64,000 bases of DNA from Nymphaea colorata (taxonomy: Eukaryota). The stretch lies in the NCBI RefSeq assembly GCF_008831285.2, contig NC_045138.2, positions 23,002,001 through 23,066,000 of the forward strand, read 5' to 3'. The position numbers and the translations under genes are program-made. Of this stretch, positions 11,140-24,352 are shown piece after piece. How positions within the stretch are numbered: the stretch's first letter is position 1; the number at the start of each line of letters is the position of its first letter. The notes beneath the pieces are model-generated. The model saw only the letters and a list, made by a program, of their open reading frames with translations, searched no databases and was not told the origin of the DNA.

Positions 11140-13004
11140 GGCCCCATTTGATAGCCGAGGTACAATGAGAGGGGAGGGGAAAAACGGTACGGGCAGGTAA
11201 AATTTAACCCGCCCGACTAAAAATGCATCAAACGGGGTGAAATTTACCCTGTTTAACGCAAAAGGGAGCGGGTGGAATTCCACCCACTCGAAAGTCCGAG
11301 CTCGCAGCTTGGACTTTCGAGCGGGTGAAATTTCACCCGCTCAAGTATGTTGTTTCGAAGGGCCATTTCACCCTGCTCAACTTCCCTCCGCACCTCCTCC
11401 TCCCTCCTGCCTTCTCACCGTCGCACCAGAGGCCTCACCGTCGTTGCTGCGCTGTCGCCTCTCCGCTCCGTGGTCGCCTGTACGCATTCCCCTTTTCTCT
11501 CTCTGATGCCTTCCCTTTCTCTCTTGCCCTAAGTTCTTCTTCTCTGGCTTCTCACCGGCAGGGAAGAGAGACGCAGAGACAGGGCAGCATCCGCCACTGC
11601 CACAGTTGCCGCTCCTTCCCCTCTACTCCTCTGTTACTGCCCCGTGAGTCTCTGAATATCTCTCTCGCTTCTGCAAGTTATGCCCTTCCCCTTTGTTTAT
11701 GCCCTTGCTTCTGCAAGTTATCATTTTTCCTGCACTTGAGACTGTTGTGTTTCTTTTTCAAGTTTAACTGCGGATTGAAGGTGCCAAGCTTGATCTGAAC
11801 TTGTCTTGATATGGTGTAGACTCCAAAATTAGGCAGAGGTCATCCGAGATTGGGCGTTTGATTTGCTGCCCTGTCTCTGCTTTCCTATTTGCAGGCTTGA
11901 TGTTTTTTCTGCGTAAACATGCACACTTGATGAGAAAAACTTGATTTGCTGCCCTTTTTCATTTGTCTTATGCATGGTTTGAATCACCCGAGAAGATGCT
12001 TTTGCGTGGCCTTCGTTTATGCCCCTGTCTATTTCATATGCAACTTTTCTATTAGAAAGCATATGTATTTTTGGTCTCCTTAAATTCACATTGTCTGGTT
12101 TGAATTTCATTTTCTTGATCCAAACTAATGAGGGAAAAGAAAGTACACAAACTAGAAGACTTTCTGTTAGTGGGTATTGGAAGACCTTCAGCCTGCATCA
12201 ACCCAACCAGTTGGTAGACCCTTCTGTCCATCATTGCCATGGAGGATTGATTCTCCTAGTAGTAGCTTAGACAAACTGTTTGATTTTTCATCCCACTTTT
12301 TACATCCTCTTCATCAAAACAATTCGCACTGCTTGGACTGGTTGTTGAACCAGCAGCGGCGGTGCTGATAGCAACAGCATGTTGCTATCATGCATTAATT
12401 TGCAGCTATGGGTTACACCAACTACTGGTTATGCCACTTCATCCATTAAGCAGGTGTTTGCTAATCTTGCCAAACCTAAATCAAGCCCCAACATGCAAAT
12501 ATGAAGCAAGATGGATAGAAGACAAGAAGTTTGAAGAACGGAAGTGCAGCTACAAATGTTGGATAACTTCTTTTGTGATTGCATGTTTTCTTTTTTGGAT
12601 ACGTATTCATTAAACTTCTGTTTTTCTGGATAGTAGGGAATACACTCTTTTGTGGATTTGTACTCATTAAACTTATGTAGACATGTATTTTTGTGGGTAT
12701 AACTTTGTTATTGTTATAAATTTTATTTCGACAACTATATTGCACTGTTGGATGTCATGGTTTTAACTGTTTTTTTTTAAACATAAATCTGTTGTCGGTA
12801 ACTTGTGCATCTTGTTGTTTTCTGGATGGTAAAGAATACACCCTCAACATTTTGTTCTTGTTGTTTTCTGGTTGGTAGGGAATACACACTAAACATTTTG
12901 TTGTTTTGGAAAATCATCTGCCAATTTCATCCTGTAATTTTTTCCAAAAAAATTTACCATGATAAATTTACCGCGTTAATTTCACCCGCCCATCAAACGG
13001 GCCC
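11140..13004. mobile_element. Non-autonomous PIF/Harbinger-type element, 1865 bp
   Basis: TIRs GGCCCCATTTGAT / ATCAAACGGGCCC, TTA on both sides (11137-11139, 13005-13007), subterminal ATTTCACCC/GGGTGAAAT repeats at both ends, no transposase ORF. Confidence 0.8.
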
Positions 13005-14744
13005 TTAATGAATATTGGCTACAACATTATGAGATGCATAAGGACGTTTTTGATGCCCTTGAAGGGAAAGAATGGATTACAACATGTAAATGTATCTATA
13101 ACTGTATAGCACTGAAAAGAACCAAAAACTTCATAGATGCGCTCTTTCACATAAAAATCAGGTAATTGTTATTTATGAGATTATGATTCAACTATGTTTT
13201 TCCAAGGTCTTCATTACTAAGCCTTCCACTTTCCAACTTCGACTGAATAACTCCGCAGCCTGATGATACAATTAAGGTTGGACATCAGGTCGGGCCGGGT
13301 CAACCCAAAGCTCTACAATGTTGGTTTCGGGCTGGTCCCAAGTCCTTGTCAGCAGCCCAAGCCCGTCCTGCTTAGTTATCAGGTTGGACTCGGCCGTCCA
13401 CTTTATCCTCATTGAGTACCTGGTTTGATGTTCACTCATATTTGACACTGTTAATATCACACATTTTAATATTATAGAAATCCTTAGTGACATACCAAAA
13501 CTTTCTAAAGATGTCATAAGTGAAACCTGAACAGTTTTTAAGGGTGTCATTAGTGCCATATAAAGAGTTTGTAAGGGAATCATTGACGATGCACTAAAAA
13601 TGTTGGGTCATTGAATCCCGTCTTGTCAAAGGGATGATTTTGGAACTATCAATCTAAAGAGGAAGCGTTCCAAACAACAAAAAAGTAAAAATTAAGTAGC
13701 AACGGTTGGACTTCTCATGACAAAACAATTCATATTTATGTAGTGCACATATAATGTGTTCAATTATTTAATGTTGCGAACTCTGTCGACCAAAGTCAAG
13801 TGATGGTTAGGGAGAGGTGTGACTAGCGACCTCTTTAGGGAAAAAAAAAATGAGTCGTTCTATACAAAGTTTAAAACTCTTTAAGAAAGTAATCAATTTC
13901 CTTCAGTAATTAAGGTTATCTAGCGCAAAGATAGGTGGGTCTCTGTAGGGCATGTGCCCCATGAAGCTATTTTGAAACCTTAAATTTATAGTTGAATTTA
14001 GGCAGATCTGAGTTCAGTTATATGGAGCAGCCTCATGAAACTCGGATCACTGCCCCTTAAACCTAGGTAGACTTGGTTGTTAACAATATATTTAGTGTAC
14101 CATAAAAAAAAAACCATCTTCCATAATATATTGATGAAATGTCAGTCGACCTAATTGACACCCCTTAAGAAGTAGTATTATATATATATATATATATATG
14201 AACATATATATGAACATATATAAAAATATTTCCAGACATCATATACAGGTTGGTGGCCGATTAGTAAATTATATTAATTCTAAGTACAAGGTAATGCTTG
14301 TCCCAAATTGTAAATTTATGCGTAACGTCAAAGGGAAGGGTTTTATTCCATCCAGCCCAAGTTGGGGAAAACTTAGCTTAGCCAACCATTAATTTAGTGC
14401 ATTTTCCTGCTAGTTTAATTGACATGTTGCAAAATAAACAAGAAGATGCTGCCCTTCTGTGCAACATATATCGCATATGGAAGTGACGGTTCTCGTCAAC
14501 AAAGTCATTTTCAAGTTTTTTTTCTTTACGAAACCTTATTACTTGAGTTCAAATTGATTGTGGTAGGCAAATTTTCAGCGTGAAAAGATGTGGAATCTAT
14601 TTTTTATGGGCAGTGTTCTCCTTGCTGCTTGGAAATTTAAAACAACAACTCAAAAAGTATAAGTTCAACACATCATGTATAATATGCTTGCCTGGTTGGT
14701 TAGTCTTCGTATGAAAAACCTTCCGGCGGCCTCCCTTTCCCACT

Positions 14745-14797
<53 letters not shown>

Positions 14798-15499
14798 AGA
14801 GAGAAAGAGAGAGAGAGAGAGAGATTTCAAGACAGGGATGACCTAGTTAGTGACCTTATTTAATTAATAAATCTGGCGTATCATAAGTGATTTGCCTTTT
14901 ATATTGTTCTGTATGAGTTAAGATAAAAGAAAATACTTGAATGTGGTGTACATCTCTAAAGATAAATAAAAAATGTTATATTTGGTAAACCAAGACCAAA
15001 ATTGGTCCTTCTCTTGGTTTCAATACAATAATGTAAATGAATGAGCTGATGAAGTCAAGGCATTGCTTTCTAATACAACTTGTGAAACCTCTTTTTTATC
15101 ACAATAACATAAAATTCAATTTAAAAAATCATGTCGATGGTTGGGTTTCATTTCCAATGGAAGCTTGTACGGAGATAGGTCCTGACCTTTATGACTGGTT
15201 CAAGCATTCTGGTTTTTAGTTGGTTTATAAAGTTTTGGATTTAAATTGGCACATTTCGTTGGTTCATAAGATTTTACAATCTACATATAAGGCCAAATTT
15301 GCTTTCAATAAAATTATCTTATGCATTCTTTGGGTAGTTTTTCTATTGTTGAACATTATGCATGTGTCTACATGAAAATTTGGAATATGGATTTAATCAT
15401 GTGGATGAATAAGTCAATTCATGCATTATGCCACCAAAGTGACCTCTATTTTGTGGATTTACTTGTTTGGAATATTAGATGAGCTATTGTTAACTCATT

Positions 15500-16250
15500 T
15501 TGTTTTGGAGCTATAAGAGGTAGATGTAAAGGTAACATTTCTCATTGGTAATATTGATGAAAAGATAATGAGGTGCAACCAGAAATCTTTTACAGGAAAT
15601 TGTTTACAAACTAAAGAAATTCCATCTATAGTCAAAATGAAGCTTTCCATCTATCATAAGTTTCATCAAATCATGATCTCATTTAATTTTGAGATGAATT
15701 TGGTTAATGAATGTGTGCACTGTAAGTTTTATAAGCATAAACATATTTTTCTAATTTTGTATGTCGATGACATTTTACTTACTGATATAATATATGCTTA
15801 TTGCAAGAAACCAAGAGATTTCTCATAGCAGAACTTGAAAATTTTCACCCACAAGTACACATATATTAAAGTTTTTCTGCTGAATATAGTTTTTGGTTTA
15901 GTTCCATTATATACGTGCTTATGTCTTCTGGTCTTCATATGATACTAAGGCAGAACATGTTGAGAATAGACATGACTTGATCCATTGCATGTTAGTGTCA
16001 TGTCACAAATTCATGTGTGTTCCATACAATTGGTCAGGCTTATATATGTGATTAATAGGACTAGGTTTAGTCCAATGTTAATGTGATTATAGAGGATATT
16101 GATTAAAATAACACTTTGGAAGATAGCGGATTCAAGCTTATAAATTCATCATGCAATGTAGAATCATATTAATAACACACTTAGCCTATATATGAGATTA
16201 TTGGAATCTATTTGTAGGACTGCAAATTATTGACATAATACAAATGTGTC
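15500..16250 (+). mobile_element. Ty1/Copia retrotransposon remnant (reverse transcriptase fragment plus 3' region)
   Basis: DVKVTFLIGNIDEKI at ~15524, then ...YHKFHQIMISFNFEMNLVNECV...FLILYVDDILL (Copia RT YVDD motif); frameshifted. Boundaries approximate. Confidence 0.85.
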
Positions 16251-16693
16251 CCTATTGAATCATCAAAAGAATATAAAATATATTGTGTGCGAAAGCTTAC
16301 CTAGCGTTATTTTATTCTTAAAATAGCCTTCCATAACCTTTACGTTAGAAATAACATTATCTTTGAGAAACTTATTGATAGCATATGTCTATCGTGACTA
16401 TTATCATACATTTACAACGACTTTTTAGATCAGCCATCATAAGATCCAAAATCTATATCCGATATTCACACATCAAATTATCCATGTCATAAAGAAGGGA
16501 ATCATACCAAATGCGATTGATCAAAACTGTGAATTTATTCTTTAGACCATAAGGCATAAACAAATAATAATACATGCAAGCCCACAAATAGATTCCAACA
16601 GCTAGCATTTCCTTTATTAAATCGGTCATGTCAGGGACATTGCACATCAATTAAAGCAACCTCTTAAACAAACATTGATGGAATTAATTTGTG

Positions 16694-16771
16694 GATAATC
16701 ATCTTGCTGCTATAGTGTTTGATCACTATATATATATAGTGATCAAACACTACAGCAACAAGATGATTATC
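16694..16771. repeat. 78-bp near-perfect palindrome centred on (TA)n
   Basis: GATAATCATCTTGCTGCTATAGTGTTTGATCACTATA / TATAGTGATCAAACACTACAGCAACAAGATGATTATC, 2 mismatches. Confidence 0.9.
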
Positions 16772-17135
16772 TTACTTTTACAATTATGTTGAAGCAAGTC
16801 AGAATCCGATGGTACGCCTTTCTTTTGTTTCTTGTATTGAAAAGAGCCTCACGAAACCCATTTATTTAATCTTTTGAGAAGGGCCGCTAGTTTCTTTGGA
16901 ACTTAATTTCAGTCAAGGACCCGTTCATAAAAATTTTTGTTGTGCTAAATAAAATGAACAAGCAAAACATATTGTTAACTAAAACGAACATATATAGAAC
17001 GCTCGATACCAATAGTTCCAAAGTATATATCATCTTCTAATATTAAAATAACAAAGACTGCACTTAGAATAGAAATTTAGCTAAAACCCACTGTCAGTTT
17101 TACAACTTATACCTGTAGAACAGGTCTCTTCTAAG

Positions 17136-17478
17136 TAGGGATGTCAATATATCCAATTTGAATAGGATATTTGATCGTTCTGCTTCGAAAAAATAGGATA
17201 TGAAAAAAAATTTAATCTCCGATTAAGAATCGGATCGAATTCAAATATACATGAATATCTGATCGGATTCAGATACGATTTCGACAAACATCATGTAGAT
17301 AATGCTAGTAAATTTTGAAAATTGGCAAAATCTGGTTTAAAATTCAGATTCAGATATAAATATAAAGATGAGATTCGGATATGACATTTCTTTATTCGAA
17401 TCCGAATATGTTAAGATCCAAAAAGGTGGATATAATTAAGGATATATTCGATCCGAATATGATCCGTTGACATCCCTA
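17136..17478. mobile_element. hAT-type MITE
   Basis: Perfect 12-bp TIR TAGGGATGTCAA / TTGACATCCCTA; 8-bp TSD CTTCTAAG / GTTCTAAG (7/8). Confidence 0.9.
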
Positions 17479-19565
17479 GTTCTAAGTAATGTCCGCCCTT
17501 GGCAGGGGCAAAGCCAAAAAAATTTCGCTAAGGAGCATTGTGTGTAAAATTTTGAATTTTCAAGGAGCACTACCATGTAAATAAAAAAATGTTTTGAAAA
17601 ATATTAACATAAAAATATAATTTTTTTTTTGGCTTTGATGCAAAACTTTTTTTTCATAGGATACTAAATATATAGTTAATCAATTTTAGTTGGCCTTGGG
17701 TCAATAGCAGGGTATCGTAGGCTGCTTTATATAACTGCACCCAACTCCCAAGTCCACTGAAATCCAACATATAAATTCAAAGTTTCAAATTAACTTGGTA
17801 GGGCATACGCCCCCACAGAGCCCCCCACCTAATTTGGCCCCTAACTTTATGTGAGCAATTACCTACAAGTAGTAACATACACTTTCCTCTACCCCTCTCC
17901 ACTTCTTTCTTTAACCTGCAAATGCAGTGGGCTGCTGCAACTTTTCTCAGTTTCGTGTTTGATTCCTCCTGATCCAATCGGTTCCCCAGCGCCGATCACG
18001 TTACCCCACCACGGACTGACTGGACTTGTAAAAAGGGAGAGAGAAGCCAGCTCAGGGCGAGCAGAAAATCTGACCGTTTGAAGCCTGCCGTCCTGCTGTC
18101 CCCCACCTCCTCGCCCTCTTCTGTCCCGCCTCCACCGTGGGCTCCACGTCCGATCGCTACAGCGCAAGACTCTGCCAAGGAGCGAGAAGACAACAGATCA
18201 GATCTTTGTGGCTCGGCCCGATCTCCACGTGACTGGCTGTCTCAAAATAATACGGCGACCCACTTGACGCTATGACTAGGAACGTAAGTGGGTCGCTTTG
18301 GTTGGCCGTCCAGGACGTCCTGTCTCGGTTTTATTGACTCATTAGTTTTAAAATGAAATTATGTCAGTTATAATTGGAATTCTAATTTGTGTTCAGATCT
18401 GATGAAAATCTTGGCATCTTGCTCGATTATACATGAAAGTCAGATGATTTTTCCGCTCGATTCTAATTTGGTTTCAAAATTTCAAGTCTAAGTTTTGGTT
18501 TAATCAAGCATGAGTCTACGTCAAAAATTTCAATTAAATCGCTTACCTAGAAGGAAAGGGAGAGAACTTGCCAGCTGCCAATGTCCTACTAGTCTCTAAA
18601 CTATTCAATCAAAATAATAATAATCTGGCCGAGCCAGTTTGCTTTGCTAATTGAGCATATTGCCTATTGTTTATGGAGTCATACCTATGTTTTATTTATT
18701 TTTTAAATTTTAAAAATAATATAATATAGATCAAACTACTATTACAGGAAGTAAGCAAATTCTTAGCTGAAACCAATACAGTTTGTATTGACCAATGCAC
18801 TTGGTTGTAGCTTTTGAAAAGTGGATACGCTCATTGTTCTTTCTCATCTTCTGCAACAACTGGCACGCACCATTTCTTTCCTACTACATGAGCTGATCTA
18901 CTTTCCTGAGAAGAAAGAGCTTGTCGTTGACAAAGACCAGCCACTCCTTAGATGATTTCACTTGTCCGCTCTCATAAAATGTTTAGACCATGTAAATTCA
19001 TCCAAAAGATCGTAAAAGATGAAGCTCTGCTGCTCAATTCTCTGCTTTAATCTTACCCTTGCCACCAAACAGTCTCCGGTGATGTGAAGAGAAGAAAAGT
19101 AAGAGGAGTGACCGGACAAGATGCTTGATACCACGAACATTTCAATGTTCTTGCATCAAATCAAACATAGCTGTTCCACCCAATTTGGCACCACCAGAGA
19201 GAAAGAGAGAGAGCATATCTGCTTTTCTGAAGCCCACATGCTGTTGTTTTAATGAGGAAGAATGTTGGAAATGAATTCAATCCTTGAACCTCAATTTCAC
19301 AAAGGCATTCAACAGGAAAAAGTAAAGAAAAATCAAAGATCATTTGTTCCAAAAAATTACAGATGTCGACTGTTCACTACGGCGGAAAATCGCGGATACG
19401 GGCGGTGGATGACAGAGTTGCGTAGACCTCGTCCATGGATGCGTTTCCTTGAAAAATCAGGCAGTGAGGAGAGCAGATCGATTTCACCGGGCTTCATACT
19501 TGGTTCTTAGGAAGCACAATTGGTCATCCTGCAAGAGTCGTCGTCAATGGAGAGATGATGATTGA

Positions 19566-20573
19566 TCACTTCTTGTCGCTCCTCCAAGCATAGAGCAGGA
19601 GGGAGAAGCCGGAGTTTGGGCTGCCCCAACTCTGGTTGCTCGACTCACTGAAGCTCCCAGCCCACTGCAACACCGAGCTCGCCGACTCCGTGGACCTCGA
19701 GGACACGCTCTTTCTCAGCAGCTTCTTCTCCGGCCCCTTCACCACCAACTCCGGCCACACCCCTCCCAGTGCCACCCCGCCGCCGCTGCCGCCCCCGGCC
19801 TGAAAGATAAAGACGGCGTGACCACCACCGTTGAAGAGCCAATTGTAGACGTCCCAGAATATCTCCACCGTCGACCCGTCGACGACCACCCTCTGGTTCC
19901 CCCGAAACTTCCACGCCAGCTTCTTCACCGCCAACACCGATTTCCCGTCCACCCGCACCACCAGCTTCGCCTCTTTCCCCTCCCCGCCGCTGCATTCTAT
20001 GCCGATCTCGTGCTCGCGGCCTGTCCCGCCGAATCGGGCGGTGGTGGCGTAATTCCGCCGGCCGAACACGTGTTCCCGCCGGGAGACGAGAGCGGAAGGG
20101 GAGGGGTCGGGAAGGTCCGCCACCTCGGCGTGGCGGAGCGCCTCATCGGGCATGTCGCCGAGCAGGAGCGCGGCCCTTCCGGCGGTGACGACACAGAGGT
20201 AGAAGTTGCGGGTGGGCTCGGGACCGTGGTCGAATCGGGCTCGCGCGAAGCTCCAGAAGAGGTTGGCATGGGCGAGAGGCTTGGACCCGCGCTTGGGGCG
20301 GAAGAGCCGGAGAGGAGAAGGAGGGGAAATGTCGATGGTGAAGGCGGAGCCGTCGAGGTGGACCGTAAGAGAATGGCCGAGCAGGGTCTTGGACCAGGTG
20401 AGAGTGAGAAGGGAAGGGTGGTTCTGCTGCCCCCCGCCGCTGCTGCCATCCTGCTGCTGGAGGTGGTAGATACAGGTGATGAGGTTCTGCGACTTGTTCA
20501 TATTCTTGCTGTTAGACGTGGTGGGCTCGGCGTCTGGTGCGCTGAAGCACGTCGGGGAGAAGGGTCCGATCAT
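19566..20573 (-). CDS. DUF868 family plant protein, single exon, 335 aa
   Basis: GC3-rich intact ORF with family motifs QNLITCIY, LTWSKTLLGHSL, ARF..GPEP..NFY, LLLGDM, LVSRREHVFG, VKKLAWKFRGNQ, EIFWDVYNWLF, GFSLLLYAW. Confidence 0.93.
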   Translation of the reverse strand: MIGPFSPTCFSAPDAEPTTSNSKNMNKSQNLITCIYHLQQQDGSSGGGQQNHPSLLTLTWSKTLLGHSLTVHLDGSAFTIDISPPSPLRLFRPKRGSKPLAHANLFWSFARARFDHGPEPTRNFYLCVVTAGRAALLLGDMPDEALRHAEVADLPDPSPSALVSRREHVFGRRNYATTARFGGTGREHEIGIECSGGEGKEAKLVVRVDGKSVLAVKKLAWKFRGNQRVVVDGSTVEIFWDVYNWLFNGGGHAVFIFQAGGGSGGGVALGGVWPELVVKGPEKKLLRKSVSSRSTESASSVLQWAGSFSESSNQSWGSPNSGFSLLLYAWRSDKK

Positions 20574-20940
20574 TTCTTCTACCTCTGCACTTCCTCCTCC
20601 TTCAGTTACTCCTCCTCCATTGAATCGATCGATGGGATGATATGAGGGTGGAGGAAGCGTCTTTGTTTCTGTTGCAGGGGGCGGTGGCTAGCTGCTCAGT
20701 ATTTGTTTATTACAAAGAGCCAACAGCCCCTCCTGCCTTAGGATGATGATGACGATGATGGGCAGCTTTGGATCCTGAGACTCTCTTTTTGTTGGGAAGA
20801 AGGTTAGAGAGAGAAGGAGGGAGAGCATGTGAGGGTGGGGTTTCTTAGCTTGATTTGCGGGAACGCCAGGAAGTAAAGTGTCGAGACAGTTTGTATCTCA
20901 CTGTGAGCTGGTCTCCATTGTCGCTGTTCTCTCTCTCTCT

Positions 20941-20993
<53 letters not shown>

Positions 20994-21675
20994 GCGTTCA
21001 TACGTATGATCAATTATATGAGGGAATTGAACTTCGTTCCCTGAAAGCGAACGCGCTATCCAGCTGACCGCATGTCAAAAGTTCAGTTAATTTATAAGCA
21101 TTCTTTTGAATGATATATATATCATTTGGCTCAAGGAAAAAAAATTGATGCTAAATTCAATTAAATTGCGACTTAAAACCATCCTACTGATGAGTTGCAA
21201 TGTTTTTTAAATCAGTCTGAATCAGGCCATTTTAATCCAAAATTTAAGTAGCAAATTGATTTGATTCATGAGACGGTACATGGGTGTCTTATAGATGTCA
21301 TAAACTTCGTTCTTATTAGTTTTTGTGCATTGTTAATTTTTTTCCTAATTACTATTACTATTATTATTTTTAATATAATAACCATAACTGATTCAGCAGA
21401 AGTATTGAATTGGAAAATTTGGTTCCATTTCCAATTTTTTACAACGGTGTTTCCTACTAATGAAATGTGAGGGAGGTTTCTGTTTTACAAGGTGACATCA
21501 GCCGTAGTCAGCCTCATCCTTCATTATTAAAGCAAAGCGTCCGTCATTTTGCAAGGTCAGCGGTGGACAATGCGTATGGTAAATATTGCTACCCACGTAG
21601 CAAGAAAAATATTGGCTTCTCCATATTCTTCTCTTCCACAATAAATCAAGCGAGCTCGCTAAGGGTAGCCACTCG

Positions 21676-22078
21676 TAGGGCTGCACAATGAGCCCCGCCA
21701 ATTCAGACTCGACTTGAACTCATTCGAAAAAACTTCGCACGTGCTCAACCTGTTTATAAACGAGCTGAGTCGAGCTTACAATGATACTCGAAACGATAAA
21801 CGAATCGAGTTTGAGTTTCTGAAACTCGCCTCGTTTATATTTGACTCGACTCGCAAACCGGTACTCTATATAATATTACCAAAAATGGTTTCACAAGTTA
21901 TGCGAGTTAACGCCTAAATGAGTTAAATGGGTTAAACGAGTCAATCGAGCTCGATTTTGTATATTCGAGTAGAGCTCGAACTTGAGTTTGCTATAAGGAG
22001 CTCGAGCTCGAGTTTTTTGAGTTGAGCCAAGTTGGAGCTGGCCAAGCTCGGGCTCGATTTGGCTCGTGTGCAGCCCTA
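21676..22078. mobile_element. hAT-type MITE rich in CTCGAG/GAGCTC subrepeats
   Basis: Perfect TIR TAGGGCTGCACA / TGTGCAGCCCTA; TSD GCCACTCG / GCCACTCA (7/8). Confidence 0.9.
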
Positions 22079-22723
22079 GCCACTCACTTACTTCTAAGGG
22101 TTAAGGGTATCCTTGAATTTTTTTGTTTGGCAACCATACAAGGGCAAGTTGCCGCTGAGTAAGTTGGCACAACAAATAACAACTTCCTGCGTTACAAAAA
22201 GAGAGACACTGATGTGCACAAGCTGAAGCGTTGATGAGATATTACATTGAGGCACCGAAAACATTCATTTTAGCAGTAGTAAGACATTGTTATTGCTTAT
22301 GAATCTGCCTAAAAAATTGAAGCAGATTCACGAAACATTGGAACAAGTGTTTTATGAATCTGTCTCATTTTTGAAGCAGATCTATGAAACGTTGTCAAAC
22401 TTACTCTCTATGATATGGGAGGAAAGGTAGAGAGGCTTCGGCTCTCTTTGCCATGTTGTAGGATGAAATATTCTTTCTACTCATCCAATGGTCCTACATG
22501 TCATCCGCATAAAAGCTTTAGATCATTTTTTTTTTATATAGATCACAGACTTTCAGACATCCCAAGGTTCAACTTGGGTGCGATGGAGGCTGGTTGCCTC
22601 TCTGTTTACCTCCTTATTCAATTCAATTCCATAAAATAAATAGTGGAAAAGGGGCAGACAACTTTGATTTTTTGGGGTTTAGTTTACTTTTTAATATATC
22701 TGGCATCAGCTTGATTCACAAAT

Positions 22724-22881
22724 GTTACTTCTTTAAATTGTAAGATTACGCGACACTTTAATTGACGAGTGTCATGCTTTGCACTTGAGTTATGAAGCAG
22801 TGAACGTTACTTCTTTAAACTGTAAAATTATGCGACACTTTAATTGACGAGTGTCATGCTCTGCACTTGAGTTACGAAGCA
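22724..22881. repeat. 82-bp tandem duplication (2 copies)
   Basis: GTTACTTCTTTAAA...GCACTTGAGTTAYGAAGCAG starts at 22724 and at 22806. Confidence 0.9.
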
Positions 22882-23494
22882 GCTGCGTTACACCCGAGCA
22901 GTAGAAAGAAAGGGGAATAGGTTTGGAGAGTCAATTTGAGCATGAATGGACGTAGCTTGGCTAGATTGGAAAATCTGAAGCTGCCGAAATAAGCAGATGA
23001 GCCAGAATACATGGCGAGGGCAATCTACATTGAACGTTGACCTTAAACTCGGTAGCAGAACTGAAGAAGGTTGGGTAACAGCTCTTTGGATGTTCAATTT
23101 TGGCAGCCAGCATGATTTGCCGGCTGCTCAATTGGCAACAGCTTTCGCTCCACGAGAGACGGTAGGATTGCCGATTGTCTTCTTTACGACCATGTATAGT
23201 TTCCATCTAAACTCTATAGAAAAAGGACACTTGAAAATTTAGCCCCATTCTATTCATTTCTCTTATGATTCGGTTCAACTAACTTAATTCTTAGACTAGT
23301 TTTCCTTCTCCTCTTTTCTTTACCTCTCTCTCACCTACTTTCTCTCCTTCTTCATTTTAATTTATTTCTCCTTTTAACAACCATTTGGTAGATCCTAGAA
23401 AAGATAGACACTAGAAAATTCAATTTTGTTTTCAGGCTAGTTTTATAGATTTTTTCAGTTCCCCCTTTCCTTGCTTCTCTCTCTCCTCACAACA

Positions 23495-23533
<39 letters not shown>

Positions 23534-24146
23534 CAAATACGACTAACCCATTAAGAGATTTTGATTTATATAGTTCAAAGTATTAAAAGATAAAATCAAT
23601 TTATTACACATGGTAATAATGCCAATCGCCTGCCCGAGACACATGAAAAATGAATCCTAGCTACATCTAGCACTGTCCAAAATCACCGTAATTAATGCAC
23701 AAGAATCATCTCTTTAATACTACACCTTTCATGCACAAACATCAGGCCATGTCGTGCATTAATTTCTCCTTCTAAGTGTAGGAGTTATCTCCTTTAGATA
23801 ACTGGAGTTCTTATTTTTAAGTTTTTAAGGGTACCAATATGTAAACGAATAAAATTTTCTTAAAATATCAATATGCAAACATGAATTTTTTGTGGGTTTG
23901 TGTGGGCAATTGTCAACACGGTGATTGCACCTGCCTCCGCCCCTGCTGTCAGGTAGCCTTTATTGAAGTCATATTTTGGCCTATAAATACTTGTTTCCTC
24001 TCAAAAACGTTGATCAATAAACAGATCAAAGAACCCTTCTTCATTGGAGAGCACTTGTCATGCTTTGTACTTTCATTCCTTTCAATCCCCCTTTTAAGGA
24101 GAAGAAAATGAAATTGTGACCTACGAGGGACCGTCGCCTGAATGGG

Positions 24147-24352
24147 AGGCTAAACTTTTTTCATTCCTTTGCCCTCGATGTTTAGAGCTGCTTTAGGACC
24201 TGAGTGGTCATATGAAGGCTAAACTTTCTTCGTCCCTTTGCCTCCGGTGTTTAAAGTTGCTTTAGGACCTGAGTGGTCATATGGAGACTAAACTTTCTCC
24301 ATTCCTTTGCCTTCTGTGTTTAGAGATGCTTTAAGACCAGAGTGGTCATATG
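24147..24352. repeat. 69-bp minisatellite, 3 diverged copies
   Basis: Units start at 24147, 24216 and 24285 (AGRCTAAACTTT...GAGTGGTCATATG). Confidence 0.92.

Noticed and set aside
19818..20645. 275-aa plus-strand ORF and the other ORFs overlapping DUF868
   Set aside because: Antisense or off-frame shadows expected from high GC3; no domain features.
24147..24352. CRISPR-like or LRR-coding array
   Set aside because: Eukaryotic context, no unique spacers, and no LxxLxL pattern in any frame.
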